NCBI RefSeq assembly: GCF_000175255.2
Contig: NC_017180.1
Location: forward strand, 480-32,479
Length of the DNA stretch: 32,000 bases
Source of the DNA: Zymomonas mobilis subsp. mobilis ATCC 10988
GTDB taxonomy: Bacteria > Pseudomonadota > Alphaproteobacteria > Sphingomonadales > Sphingomonadaceae
Reading direction: 5' to 3'
In this document: piece by piece, positions 19,167 through 26,991 of the stretch
Layout: each line of letters begins with the position of its first letter
How positions within the stretch are numbered: position 1 is the first letter of the stretch
Position numbers and translations under genes: made by a program
The notes under the pieces: model-generated
Told to the model about the DNA's origin: nothing
The model's database searches: none
The model's input: only the letters and a program-made list of their open reading frames with translations

Positions 19167-19841
19167 TTAAATTGGCTTATTCTCTAATAACGTTTCGACA
19201 TGGCTTTTGCTGTTATCCAGCATCCAATCTGCTGTTGGTCTTGAGCGATATTCAATCAAACGAACAATTCTATCCCAATCAGCTTGCAAATCTCTTTCAA
19301 ATATCGGCTCGTGATGGGCTATGCGATTACGCAGCATCCGAATTTCACCCAGATCACTATAAAGGCTCTGTCTATGGTCTTTAATATCTTGCGTCTGGTC
19401 AAGGTTGGGGAATACTTTTAACAAATATGAACGCCAAAGCCTTTTATCATGGCGCTTCGTGAACATAGCCTGCCAGAATACAAAGTTCAGTTCTGGTATT
19501 ACCTTTCCAGTCGTTTCCGCCTTCCAACAAGCTTTGTTTACATCCGTCAATGCGCTGTATCCTGATTTTATAACCGGAAGGCTTCGTAGGAAGCCTTCTG
19601 ACCATGGCCAGCGATCTCCATAAGTATAGGATAGCGCTTCTGCTACAGCATTTCGGATAGCTATTTCTGTTATATGAAGGGGCGCTAGCAATGCGCCGGA
19701 TAGCTGTGCATTCCATACATATAAATCCAAGGCGACAAGATCATCTTTTCCTAATGCCCTAACCTTGTCTTCATATCTTCCAAGTCGGGGAGCCGATAAG
19801 GTCTTTCTAATAGAGATAATCTTATCTTGAATTGACAGCAT
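19167..19841 (-). CDS. Abi-like (Abi_2/AbiD-F family) HEPN-type protein
   Basis: 224 aa. Family-like layout (YVWNAQLSGALLAPLHITEIAIRNAVAEALS...) plus the HEPN R-x4-H motif in LGEIRMLRNRIAHHEPIF. Confidence 0.75.
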   Translation of the reverse strand: MLSIQDKIISIRKTLSAPRLGRYEDKVRALGKDDLVALDLYVWNAQLSGALLAPLHITEIAIRNAVAEALSYTYGDRWPWSEGFLRSLPVIKSGYSALTDVNKACWKAETTGKVIPELNFVFWQAMFTKRHDKRLWRSYLLKVFPNLDQTQDIKDHRQSLYSDLGEIRMLRNRIAHHEPIFERDLQADWDRIVRLIEYRSRPTADWMLDNSKSHVETLLENKPI

Positions 19842-19922
19842 GGCTACCCATTTATATAATCAACCACATATTCGCCTCGGGTCTTTGTTGGCTTATGCCT
19901 CCCCCTGAGGACAAAAGATACA

Positions 19923-19953
19923 AAAAAGACCTCGCTTAAGGCGGGGTCTTTTT
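19923..19953. terminator. Rho-independent, probably bidirectional terminator between the abi-like and brnA-like genes
   Basis: AAAAAGACCTCGC-ttaag-GCGGGGTCTTTTT stem followed by further T residues. Confidence 0.8.
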
Positions 19954-20128
19954 TTATCCGTTTCCCTGTATTTTAAAAGCCTTTGCTAACCTAATGGAAA
20001 ACATCATCATACGATGAATTCATACTTCATCCTTTCCGTTAAAGTTTTCCGCCTATTTTCCCTCGATAATTCCGGCCTAAATTAGACCCGTGCTATCTCT
20101 GGCCGGAAAACACCTGTTACTCGGCAGC

Positions 20129-20410
20129 TTAAGCTGCGACTGCTTCAGCAACCATCTCGGGATGAAGACTAATCACCTTCACGTAAGCAATAGCGTAATC
20201 CGGTGCCGTGCTGCGGGTCTGTTCCCAGTCACGCAACGTGCCTACAGATATTTTGAAGCGTGAAGCAAAATCTTTCTGAGATAATCCCAAAGCCGAGCGC
20301 GCTTTTCTGATTAACCGAGCGCGCTGCCCCCGTTCCATGGCTTCCTTGGTTACGTTGAAATCTTCCTCATCCGCAGGGTCAGCAGGAAGAATGATACGCT
20401 CTTTCTTCAC
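20129..20410 (-). CDS. XRE-family antitoxin, BrnA-like partner
   Basis: 93 aa. RARLIRKARSALGLSQKDFASRFKISVGTLRDWEQTRSTAPDYAIAYVKVISLHPEMVAEAVAA. Confidence 0.85.
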   Translation of the reverse strand: MKKERIILPADPADEEDFNVTKEAMERGQRARLIRKARSALGLSQKDFASRFKISVGTLRDWEQTRSTAPDYAIAYVKVISLHPEMVAEAVAA

Positions 20411-20568
20411 CTTTATTGCTCCTTCTTACCGATATGAATCGAGGCAAATCATTGCGCTAAACAAAAACGGCAGTGAAAAGTTTCAAGCCAACAATGCCAA
20501 TCACTAAAGGCTAACGAAAGCCCATGCTTCTCTAAATTCTTAGCATCTTTGGCAGGGTCGAATCTCAT
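20411..20568 (-). pseudogene. Decayed BrnT-like toxin gene upstream of the antitoxin
   Basis: From 20568 the reverse strand reads MRFDPAKDAKNLEKHGLSLAFSDWHCWLETFHCRFCLAQ*, a BrnT N-terminus. A different frame just before the antitoxin reads LPRFISVRRSNKG, resembling a BrnT C-terminus. This indicates an internal deletion plus frameshift. Confidence 0.7.
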
Positions 20569-20861
20569 TTATGCCTTATACGGAAATCCCGTATATAAAT
20601 AAAGCCTAAAATTTTGTCGCTGTGATTGAGCATAGTGAAACAAAATTGAACCTGAAAAAGGATGGATTTTTAACCAAGGTAGAAAAGGTAAATAAAGCCG
20701 TTCCTCCTCAGTTCTATCGCAAAAAGAAAGGCAACCAACCCTAAGATTAACCGTCTTTCGTGCGTTTATGAGACTTTTATTTATTAGATCAGGGCGCGAT
20801 GCAGATAAAGATTTTTACCATCAATCTTCATCTGCTGCTTTGCGGCTAAGACAAGCGCCCC

Positions 20862-21040
20862 GATGATTTTTATGAGACGCTCACAAAATTTGCCGCCTGC
20901 CTGAAAGTAGCCCTGCAATCCGTAGCATTTTTTGAAGACACCAGCTTTACCGAAAAAGACCGCGCCACCTATAAGGAAACACTGAAGCAAATGACCAGCC
21001 TGCGCCAGCTGGCACATGATCTTCAAGACGGAACTCGTAG
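20862..21040 (+). pseudogene. Fragment of a second type I restriction HsdR gene
   Basis: The reading frame gives DDFYETLTKFAACLKVALQSVAFFEDTSFTEKDRATYKETLKQMTSLRQLAHDLQDGT, resembling the HsdR helical region (FxxLTxFSKxLxxALSSxxFFEDT...YKxDLKxxxxLR). It is unlike the intact HsdR at 1490..4675. Confidence 0.5.
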
Positions 21041-21097
21041 AACAATGCCTCCTGTATTTTCGTTCGATCATCCATCATTTGCAGATTCCTCCTGCGA

Positions 21098-21120
21098 AGA
21101 GTGAATCAGTGCTTCACTCT
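21098..21120. terminator. Inverted repeat, 8-bp stem and 7-nt loop
   Basis: AGAGTGAA-tcagtgc-TTCACTCT. No strong T-tract, so terminator function is uncertain. Confidence 0.35.
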
Positions 21121-21538
21121 CAAAGTAAGCGCGACTTTTTCAACACTATCGAAGGAAAGCGGAACGTCTGATTTCAGATTACAGAAAAAAGGAAGTGGAC
21201 ATGAACAGAAGCGACTGACAGGGGGAATCAATTAAAAGCTTTAGTCAACATTCAGACGACGTCCATAGACAACATCTAAAATTCACCCGCGACACCGATC
21301 CACGGCATCTAGAGCATATATATTATGCCAGTTTATACCCTACTGCAGTGAAGGAATTGACACATTCGTCAAAAATAACAACATTCGAGACTGATAATGT
21401 CAATAAGTTTTTGCGTAATCCGCCATTATTTATAGTACAGTGAGATATATTTAGCTCATAAATATTTATTTTTAGCTTGAATTAGAAAAATATATTATTG
21501 TACAATCAAATGTATTTTTATAAAATTTTATCTATAAA

Positions 21539-22495
21539 TTATCTATTCAAACGCGCTGTCAGAATTGCCTTTGTCCGCTCGTCACAGAAGGCCGCCTCGA
21601 TGGCGTTTTTGTTAATTATATAGTCCGAGAGGCATGACCCAACGGTCCGCGCAAGGGCGTATTCTTGCAACAGGTCGGTATCAAAGAAACTCGGATCATC
21701 AGTGCCAAGCGTGATGACACATCCGGAATTGGCCAGCCTGCCGATCGGATGAGCGGTTATTGTTGGGTAAAGACCTAGGGCCACGTTACTACTAAGGCAG
21801 ACCTCGAGTGGAATTCGGGACGATGCAATCTGCCGCATCACATTTGGCGATTCGACTGCACGTACTCCATGCCCAACCCTGTCAAGGTTGAGGATTTCAA
21901 TTGCCTCAATAACCGTCTCGGCAGGACAGTGCTCGCCGGCGTGTGCTGTTGCCTTGAGGCCTTCCCCTCGAGCAATACTGAATGCCTCGGCAAAATCGCC
22001 AACGGAATACTGATTTTCGTCACCGGTCAGACCAAAACCGACCAATATGTTCGACCGTATGGATGTCGCCATGCGAGCAGCCTCTATGGCGGCTAGTGGG
22101 CCGAGGTGACGGACTGCAGTGGCGATGAGACAGGAATGCACACCCCACTCCTGACGTGCCCGATCAGCAGCGGCCTGTAGTGCTCTCAGTTGATCAAAAA
22201 ACGGAACGCCCGTGCGGGCGAGATCGGGAGGTGACAGCATGAATTCCACATAAGAACCACCCAACAAAGAGCATCGCTGGAGATATGATGTGGCGACTTG
22301 CTCAAGGTCGTTCGCAGACTTCACTACGGATGTGATCAGATCGTAGGATTTCAAAAAGGAAGGGAAATCATGCCACCCGTAGCGCGCAGCCGAGATTACA
22401 GAGGAGGGGATTGAAACGTTATTGCGTTTAGCAAGTAAAATTACTGTATCGCGGAGCAAGGTCCCCCGAAGGTGAACATGAAGGTCGACTAACAT
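21539..22495 (-). CDS. komA: Adenosine deaminase-like protein, KomA-like component of a Kongming-type defence system
   Basis: 318 aa with all ADA metal/active-site motifs: LVDLHVHLRGTL, ATAHAGEHCPAETVIEAIEILNLDRVGHGVRA, PLEVCLSSNVALGLYP, HPIGRLANSGCVITLGTDDPSFF. Genetic context with the HAM1-like and SIR2-like genes supports the Kom assignment. Confidence 0.85.
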   Translation of the reverse strand: MLVDLHVHLRGTLLRDTVILLAKRNNVSIPSSVISAARYGWHDFPSFLKSYDLITSVVKSANDLEQVATSYLQRCSLLGGSYVEFMLSPPDLARTGVPFFDQLRALQAAADRARQEWGVHSCLIATAVRHLGPLAAIEAARMATSIRSNILVGFGLTGDENQYSVGDFAEAFSIARGEGLKATAHAGEHCPAETVIEAIEILNLDRVGHGVRAVESPNVMRQIASSRIPLEVCLSSNVALGLYPTITAHPIGRLANSGCVITLGTDDPSFFDTDLLQEYALARTVGSCLSDYIINKNAIEAAFCDERTKAILTARLNR

Positions 22496-22538
22496 AGCGA
22501 CCGTTGATACAGATTAGACTAGGAGCGTGGAAGTCTAA

Positions 22539-23096
22539 ATGCGTATTAGATTCTTATCAAAGAACAAACATAAGATCGCGGAAGCTGAGAAAATACTCAA
22601 TCCTCTGCATGTCGAGGTTGTTCCTATCACGGTACAGATCGATGAACTTCAGACCATTGATGTCAAGGCGATCATCCGAAACAAAGTGCTACGCGCTTTC
22701 GATAGAATTGGCCATCGACTAATTGTGGAACAGACTTGTCTCTACTTGGACGCCCTGAACGGCTTTCCTGGGGGCCTTACTCAGCCGTTTTGGGATACAC
22801 TTGAAGCAGAGCGCTTCTGCGAGTTGTTCGGTCGTGGGGAAATGCGAGGCGTTACCGCGAAAACGTGGATCGGCTACTGCGACGGTCGGCAAATTTACAA
22901 ATTCGAAGGGGAGATCCGCGGCAGCGTCTCTTCTGAACCGCGTGGCGATCGTGCCTTCCAATGGGACTGCGTTTTCATTCCAGATGGTCATCAGGAAACA
23001 TTTGCTCAGATGGGCGAGAGGAAAAACGAGATATCGATGCGGCGCAGCGCGCTGAATGCCTTTGCGCAACACTTGCGGGAGGCAGCCGATGCTTGA
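22539..23096 (+). CDS. komB: HAM1/ITPase-like protein (non-canonical purine NTP pyrophosphatase fold), KomB-like
   Basis: 185 aa. FLSKNKHKIAEAEKIL, LIVEQTCLYLDALNGFPGGLTQPFWDTL, FQWDCVFIPDGHQETFAQMGERKNEISMRRSALNAF. Confidence 0.85.
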   Translation: MRIRFLSKNKHKIAEAEKILNPLHVEVVPITVQIDELQTIDVKAIIRNKVLRAFDRIGHRLIVEQTCLYLDALNGFPGGLTQPFWDTLEAERFCELFGRGEMRGVTAKTWIGYCDGRQIYKFEGEIRGSVSSEPRGDRAFQWDCVFIPDGHQETFAQMGERKNEISMRRSALNAFAQHLREAADA

Positions 23097-23895
23097 CTTC
23101 CTTGCGCGCGAGATCCGCGAACATAGGGTGATTCTTTTCGTAGGAGCAGGCCTCTCGCGACCGTTAGGGCTTCCGTCGTGGGGAAAACTCATCAAGCACA
23201 TGGCACAAGAGCTTGGCTTCGACCGCGACGTCCTTGTCGGGCCAAGTGCTGATTATCTGCAGGTCGCAGAGTTTTACAAACTGAAGAAGGGAAACATCGG
23301 CGAATTGCGAAGTTGGATGGACAGGAGTTGGAATGTGTCCGACGATAAGCTACTGGCATCCAAAGTGCACCAGCAGATTGTCGATCTCAAATTTCCCCTC
23401 GTTTACACAACGAATTACGATAACAATCTTGAGCGAGCATTTGAGCTGCACGGAGTACAGGTCTCGAAAATTGCGTCAGTCATAGACATCGCCAATGCGA
23501 AGCCAGGCCATACTCACGTCATTAAGTTCCATGGAGACTTCGCCGACGACAACTCGCTGGTCCTTACCGAGACGGACTACTTCGAGAGGCTAGAATTAAA
23601 ATCGCCGCTCGACCTGAAGCTGCGGTCGGATGTTCTGGGACGCACGATCTTGTTTGTTGGGTACAGCCTGAAGGACCTAAATCTGCGTCTCCTTTTCTAC
23701 AAACTGAAGCGAACCTGGGATGGCACTCCCTATGCAAAGAAGCGTCCGCGGTCGTTTATTTTCCTTATCCGGCCCGACGTCGTTCAGGAGACGGTAATGG
23801 AAAGCCGCGGGGTCTCCCCCATCGTTTCAGATTCTCTTGATCCCGAAGATGCGTTGCCGGCGTTCTTCGAGCGTTTACTAGAATGGACCGGATAG
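23089..23895 (+). CDS. komC: SIR2-like NADase-type protein, KomC-like
   Basis: 268 aa from the ATG at 23089 (8-bp overlap with the HAM1-like gene). SIR2 motifs: ILFVGAGLSRPLGLPSW, LVYTTNYDNNLERAFE, VIKFHGDF, ILFVGYSLKDLNLRLLFYKL. Confidence 0.9.
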   Translation: MLDFLAREIREHRVILFVGAGLSRPLGLPSWGKLIKHMAQELGFDRDVLVGPSADYLQVAEFYKLKKGNIGELRSWMDRSWNVSDDKLLASKVHQQIVDLKFPLVYTTNYDNNLERAFELHGVQVSKIASVIDIANAKPGHTHVIKFHGDFADDNSLVLTETDYFERLELKSPLDLKLRSDVLGRTILFVGYSLKDLNLRLLFYKLKRTWDGTPYAKKRPRSFIFLIRPDVVQETVMESRGVSPIVSDSLDPEDALPAFFERLLEWTG

Positions 23896-24034
23896 ACGGC
23901 AGGTTTAGACAGTTTCTTCACGAAAGCTGGCGGTCTGAAAATGTTCTGACTTGACCGTGAGCAGCGCACCGTAACGAGGTCCGGTTTCGAGAAGGTACAC
24001 GGCCAAATTAAACGGTTGCCATGGAGGCGATTGC

Positions 24035-24069
24035 TGCCTGTCTATTTCATGTTTTCGAACAGACAGGCA
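24035..24069. repeat. Inverted repeat downstream of the SIR2-like gene (9-bp arms)
   Basis: TGCCTGTCT - 17 nt - AGACAGGCA. Weak terminator candidate. Confidence 0.35.
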
Positions 24070-24160
24070 ACTAAGAGGGCGGATAGGTAGATTTCCAGTT
24101 ATGAGATCAGAAATTTGACAATGGAATTGATGAAAGAAAGTTCGTCTTATGGTCATTATT

Positions 24161-25096
24161 TTAAGAAATTGATTTAGGTAAATCGACCTTCTGCTGATTG
24201 GTAATGCCAAATGGGATGTGAACTGAGGGTGCTACAGCGCTGGCTGACCGTAGATGACCAGACTGATCATCGAAGAAAATATGCGGCTTAAGTACAGATA
24301 AAATTTTTCCTTTTTCGACCCCACCAAGAAAAAAGGCATCATTTGCCATAACATTCCAGCTCTTTAGAGTGCGGAGTGCTCGCTCGTGATAAGGAGCATT
24401 GCGTGCTGTAACTATCGATATCCTAAGCCTATTTTTATAATCAGGATGATTACTTTTATGTTCTTCTTCTATTTTTTGTATTTACGACATTTCTACTAGA
24501 AATTTTTGGAGAGGTCCTGGGTTATGTGGCTGCATAACATTTCGCGTTTCGTGTTCATGAAATCTATCTAAACCCGATGATTGCATCACGGCCTCAGATT
24601 CATCCCCGGCAAGCACTCCATCAAAATCAAATGCGATTCTTAGAGTATTACCTTTTTCGTCGTCTTGAAATGTGGAGTCGAGTACCTGACCGGCTGGATG
24701 TCCCAAATGGATTGCGGCGTCGACGTCTGGCTTATGAGCAGATAAAAATAAAGCAATATTAAAAGCTGGTATGTATTCATATGGGGATTTCCCCTGCATG
24801 AAAATTGCGCGGGTGATATCAAGACCATAATGGGATATCGTATCCATAACCCTCAAACCTGTGTCGGGGTCATTTCTTGATAGCAGCACTACTTCCACAA
24901 GCGGGTCTGCCTTATCAGGACTGAGATCATTTAATGATAACAGGCGCTTTACAAACGGAAAGGCGATACCCGTTGGAAGAGGGTTATGTAAATTTTCCTC
25001 TTGGTACTTTCTATATTTTTCCTCTCCGTCTTGTCTAAAAATGCTGTCTGAAACACTGAGATCAAAAACCGCGCTGGATGCGACACCAACCACCAA
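24161..25096 (-). pseudogene. cN-I-type cytosolic 5'-nucleotidase interrupted by one in-frame TAA
   Basis: ORF 24482..25096 (AVFDLSVSD...EKYRKYQEE...LVEVVLLSRNDPDTGLRVMDTISHYGLDITRAIF...LRIAFDFDGVLAGDESEAV...NPGPLQKFLVEMS*) continues in the same frame as IQKIEEEHKSNHPDYKNRLRISIVTARNAPYHERALRTLKSWNVMANDAFFLGGVEKGKILSVLKPHIFFDDQ...HIPFG. The only break is the TAA at 24482..24484. Confidence 0.85.
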
Positions 25097-25305
25097 TCTT
25101 TTTTAAATCGTACGCCATTATATACGTCTCAGTCTATTTTAGAGAATGCGCCACTATTGAATTGAAAAGTGCAAAATATTTTGTAAAATCACATTTACGA
25201 AATAAGATGATCTGATATTTCTCAATCAAAAAAAGTATCCTGCAAGCCTACTTCATCTATATGAAATTTCTCTGCGTAATTAGTATTGCACTTTACCTAC
25301 CCGAC

Positions 25306-26134
25306 TAGGTTCTGTTGACAAAGGTTATAATTTAAGATTTTTAGAGACAAATTGAGAACAAGTTTTGTAGGGAAGACAGGATGCGAGGAGATCTGACGGA
25401 CGCGGAATGGCAGATAATAGAGGGTCTTCTTCCAAGCGAACGAGGCCGCTGCGCACGTCCCGCAAAAAGTAATCGGTTATTCTCAACGTATGCTTTATGT
25501 GCTTCGAACAGGCTGCCCGTGGCGAGACATGCATGAACGTTATGGGAAATGGAATTCGGTCTATGTTCGGTTTCCTAGATGGGCGGAACAGGGTGTCTGG
25601 GATGCTCTTCTTGAAACCCTGGTTGACCTTGGCCTGACAGATGACTGGCAACATATGATAGATAGTACGATTATTCGCGCCCACAGCCAAACGGCTGGCG
25701 CAAAAAGGGGACGGATAAGGAAGGCTTTGGTCAAAGCCGCGGAGGCTTTACGAGCAAGATCCACGCCCGTTCCGATGGTCAAGGCCGCCCTCTAACTTTC
25801 GAACTTACAGGTGGTGAGGTCCCTGATTATTCTGGCCCTTGTGACAACGCCCCGCTGTTTTCTCGCCGATAAAGGATATTATAGCGATAGGTTATGCGAA
25901 AAACTACTCTTTCGAGGCATCCTTCCTGTTATTCCGCCTTGTTCCAATCGAAAAAAGCCTATTCCTTATAATCTCCAGCACTACAAAGATCGTCATTGTA
26001 TTGAGCGGATGTTTAATAAGCTGAAGCAGTTCAGACGTATTGCCAGACGCTATGACAAAACCAGAAAATCTTTCCTCGCCTTTCTTCAGATCGATCCCAT
26101 GCCCTTTGGTAGAACCAAGCAAAAATACCTATGA
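25306..26134 (+). mobile_element. Degenerate IS5-family insertion sequence, transposase frameshifted
   Basis: End-like taggttctgttgacaaa at 25306; MRGDLTDAEWQIIEGLLPSERGRC in one frame, YVLRTGCPWRDMHERYGKWNSVYVRFPRWAEQGVWDALL...HMIDSTIIRAHSQTAGAKRG in another, GQSRGGFTSKIHARSDGQGRPL in another, then CFLADKGYYSDRLCEKL...IPPCSNRKKPIPYNLQHYKDRHCIERMFNKLKQFRRIARRYDKTRKSFLAFLQI. Confidence 0.9.
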
Positions 26135-26278
26135 TTGTTGACAACAACATCCCCCAATTAACGGACATGGCAGTATTTCTCTCAGTTTCTTAACGATCTA
26201 ACATGAAAACACGTGAAATACGTCGTTTGATTTTATAGATAGCAGACATTATTAAAGTGGATTTTGAGAAGTTTCAGT

Positions 26279-26797
26279 ATGCTCATTGTATTCACAGGAT
26301 TGCCTGGGTGTGGGAAAACGACAATTGCTCAGCTTCTTTCCAAAAAATTGTCGGCTGTGTATATTCGTGTAGATGAGATCGAACAGGCAATTAAATATTC
26401 GAATGTTTTACGAGATGACATTGGTTCAGTAGGTTACGAAGTGGCGAGCTACCTGGCGCGTTCAAATTTAAATTTGGGAACAATGGTTATCGTGGATTGT
26501 GTGAACCCAGTTTTCGAAAGCCGAGAAATGTTTTATCAAACCGGAAAAGAAACCAATTCCTCAGTCATAGATGTCGAAGTCGTGTGCTCTGATCCTGTAG
26601 AACACAGGCGTCGGATTGAATTTCGATTGGCGGACATTCCTGGACACAAAGTCCCAGAATGGGATGCCATTTGGGAGATGGAATATACACCATGGTCTAG
26701 CCCTCGCCTAATCATCGACACCGCGATATGCTCTAGTGATGATGCATTAAGTAAAATTTCTGATTATTTGAGGTTAAAGTCTCGCTCGATTACATAG
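26279..26797 (+). CDS. P-loop kinase-like AAA_33 family protein, function unknown
   Basis: MLIVFTGLPGCGKTTIAQLLSKKLSAVYIRVDEIEQAI...MVIVDCVNPVFESREMFYQTGK...VEVVCSDPVEHRRRIEFR: Walker A GLPGCGKTT with a downstream DEIE and a kinase-like layout. The ORF track start is 26264. Confidence 0.8.
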   Translation: MLIVFTGLPGCGKTTIAQLLSKKLSAVYIRVDEIEQAIKYSNVLRDDIGSVGYEVASYLARSNLNLGTMVIVDCVNPVFESREMFYQTGKETNSSVIDVEVVCSDPVEHRRRIEFRLADIPGHKVPEWDAIWEMEYTPWSSPRLIIDTAICSSDDALSKISDYLRLKSRSIT

Positions 26798-26991
26798 CCA
26801 CCGATGATCAATTCTGATGCTCTCGGCTACTGGAAAAGACTTAAGCTCCTTGTGGATTGGCCGATTTTAGCTCCAGTAGGAGACTGATGGAGTACGATTT
26901 TATTAAGGTGTTCCGACTGGCTATTAAAAAGGTAATCCTAGCCTTTCTAGTTTAATCGGAATTATGAAAGCATTAGAGAAACTTGTCCCTA

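Noticed and set aside
20784-21071. 95-aa minus-strand ORF
   Set aside because: The opposite strand reads as an HsdR-like remnant, so this ORF is likely its antisense shadow.
21539-22495. Deaminase considered as RdrB of a RADAR system
   Set aside because: RdrB is a much larger protein paired with the RdrA ATPase. This one is 318 aa and its neighbours are HAM1-like and SIR2-like proteins, fitting Kongming rather than RADAR.
22719-23201. 160-aa minus-strand ORF across the HAM1/SIR2 genes
   Set aside because: It is antisense to two well-supported genes and shows no domain-like content.
23905-24210. 101-aa minus-strand ORF after the SIR2-like gene
   Set aside because: It has no recognisable motif, overlaps the end of the nucleotidase pseudogene, and could be either remnant or spurious.
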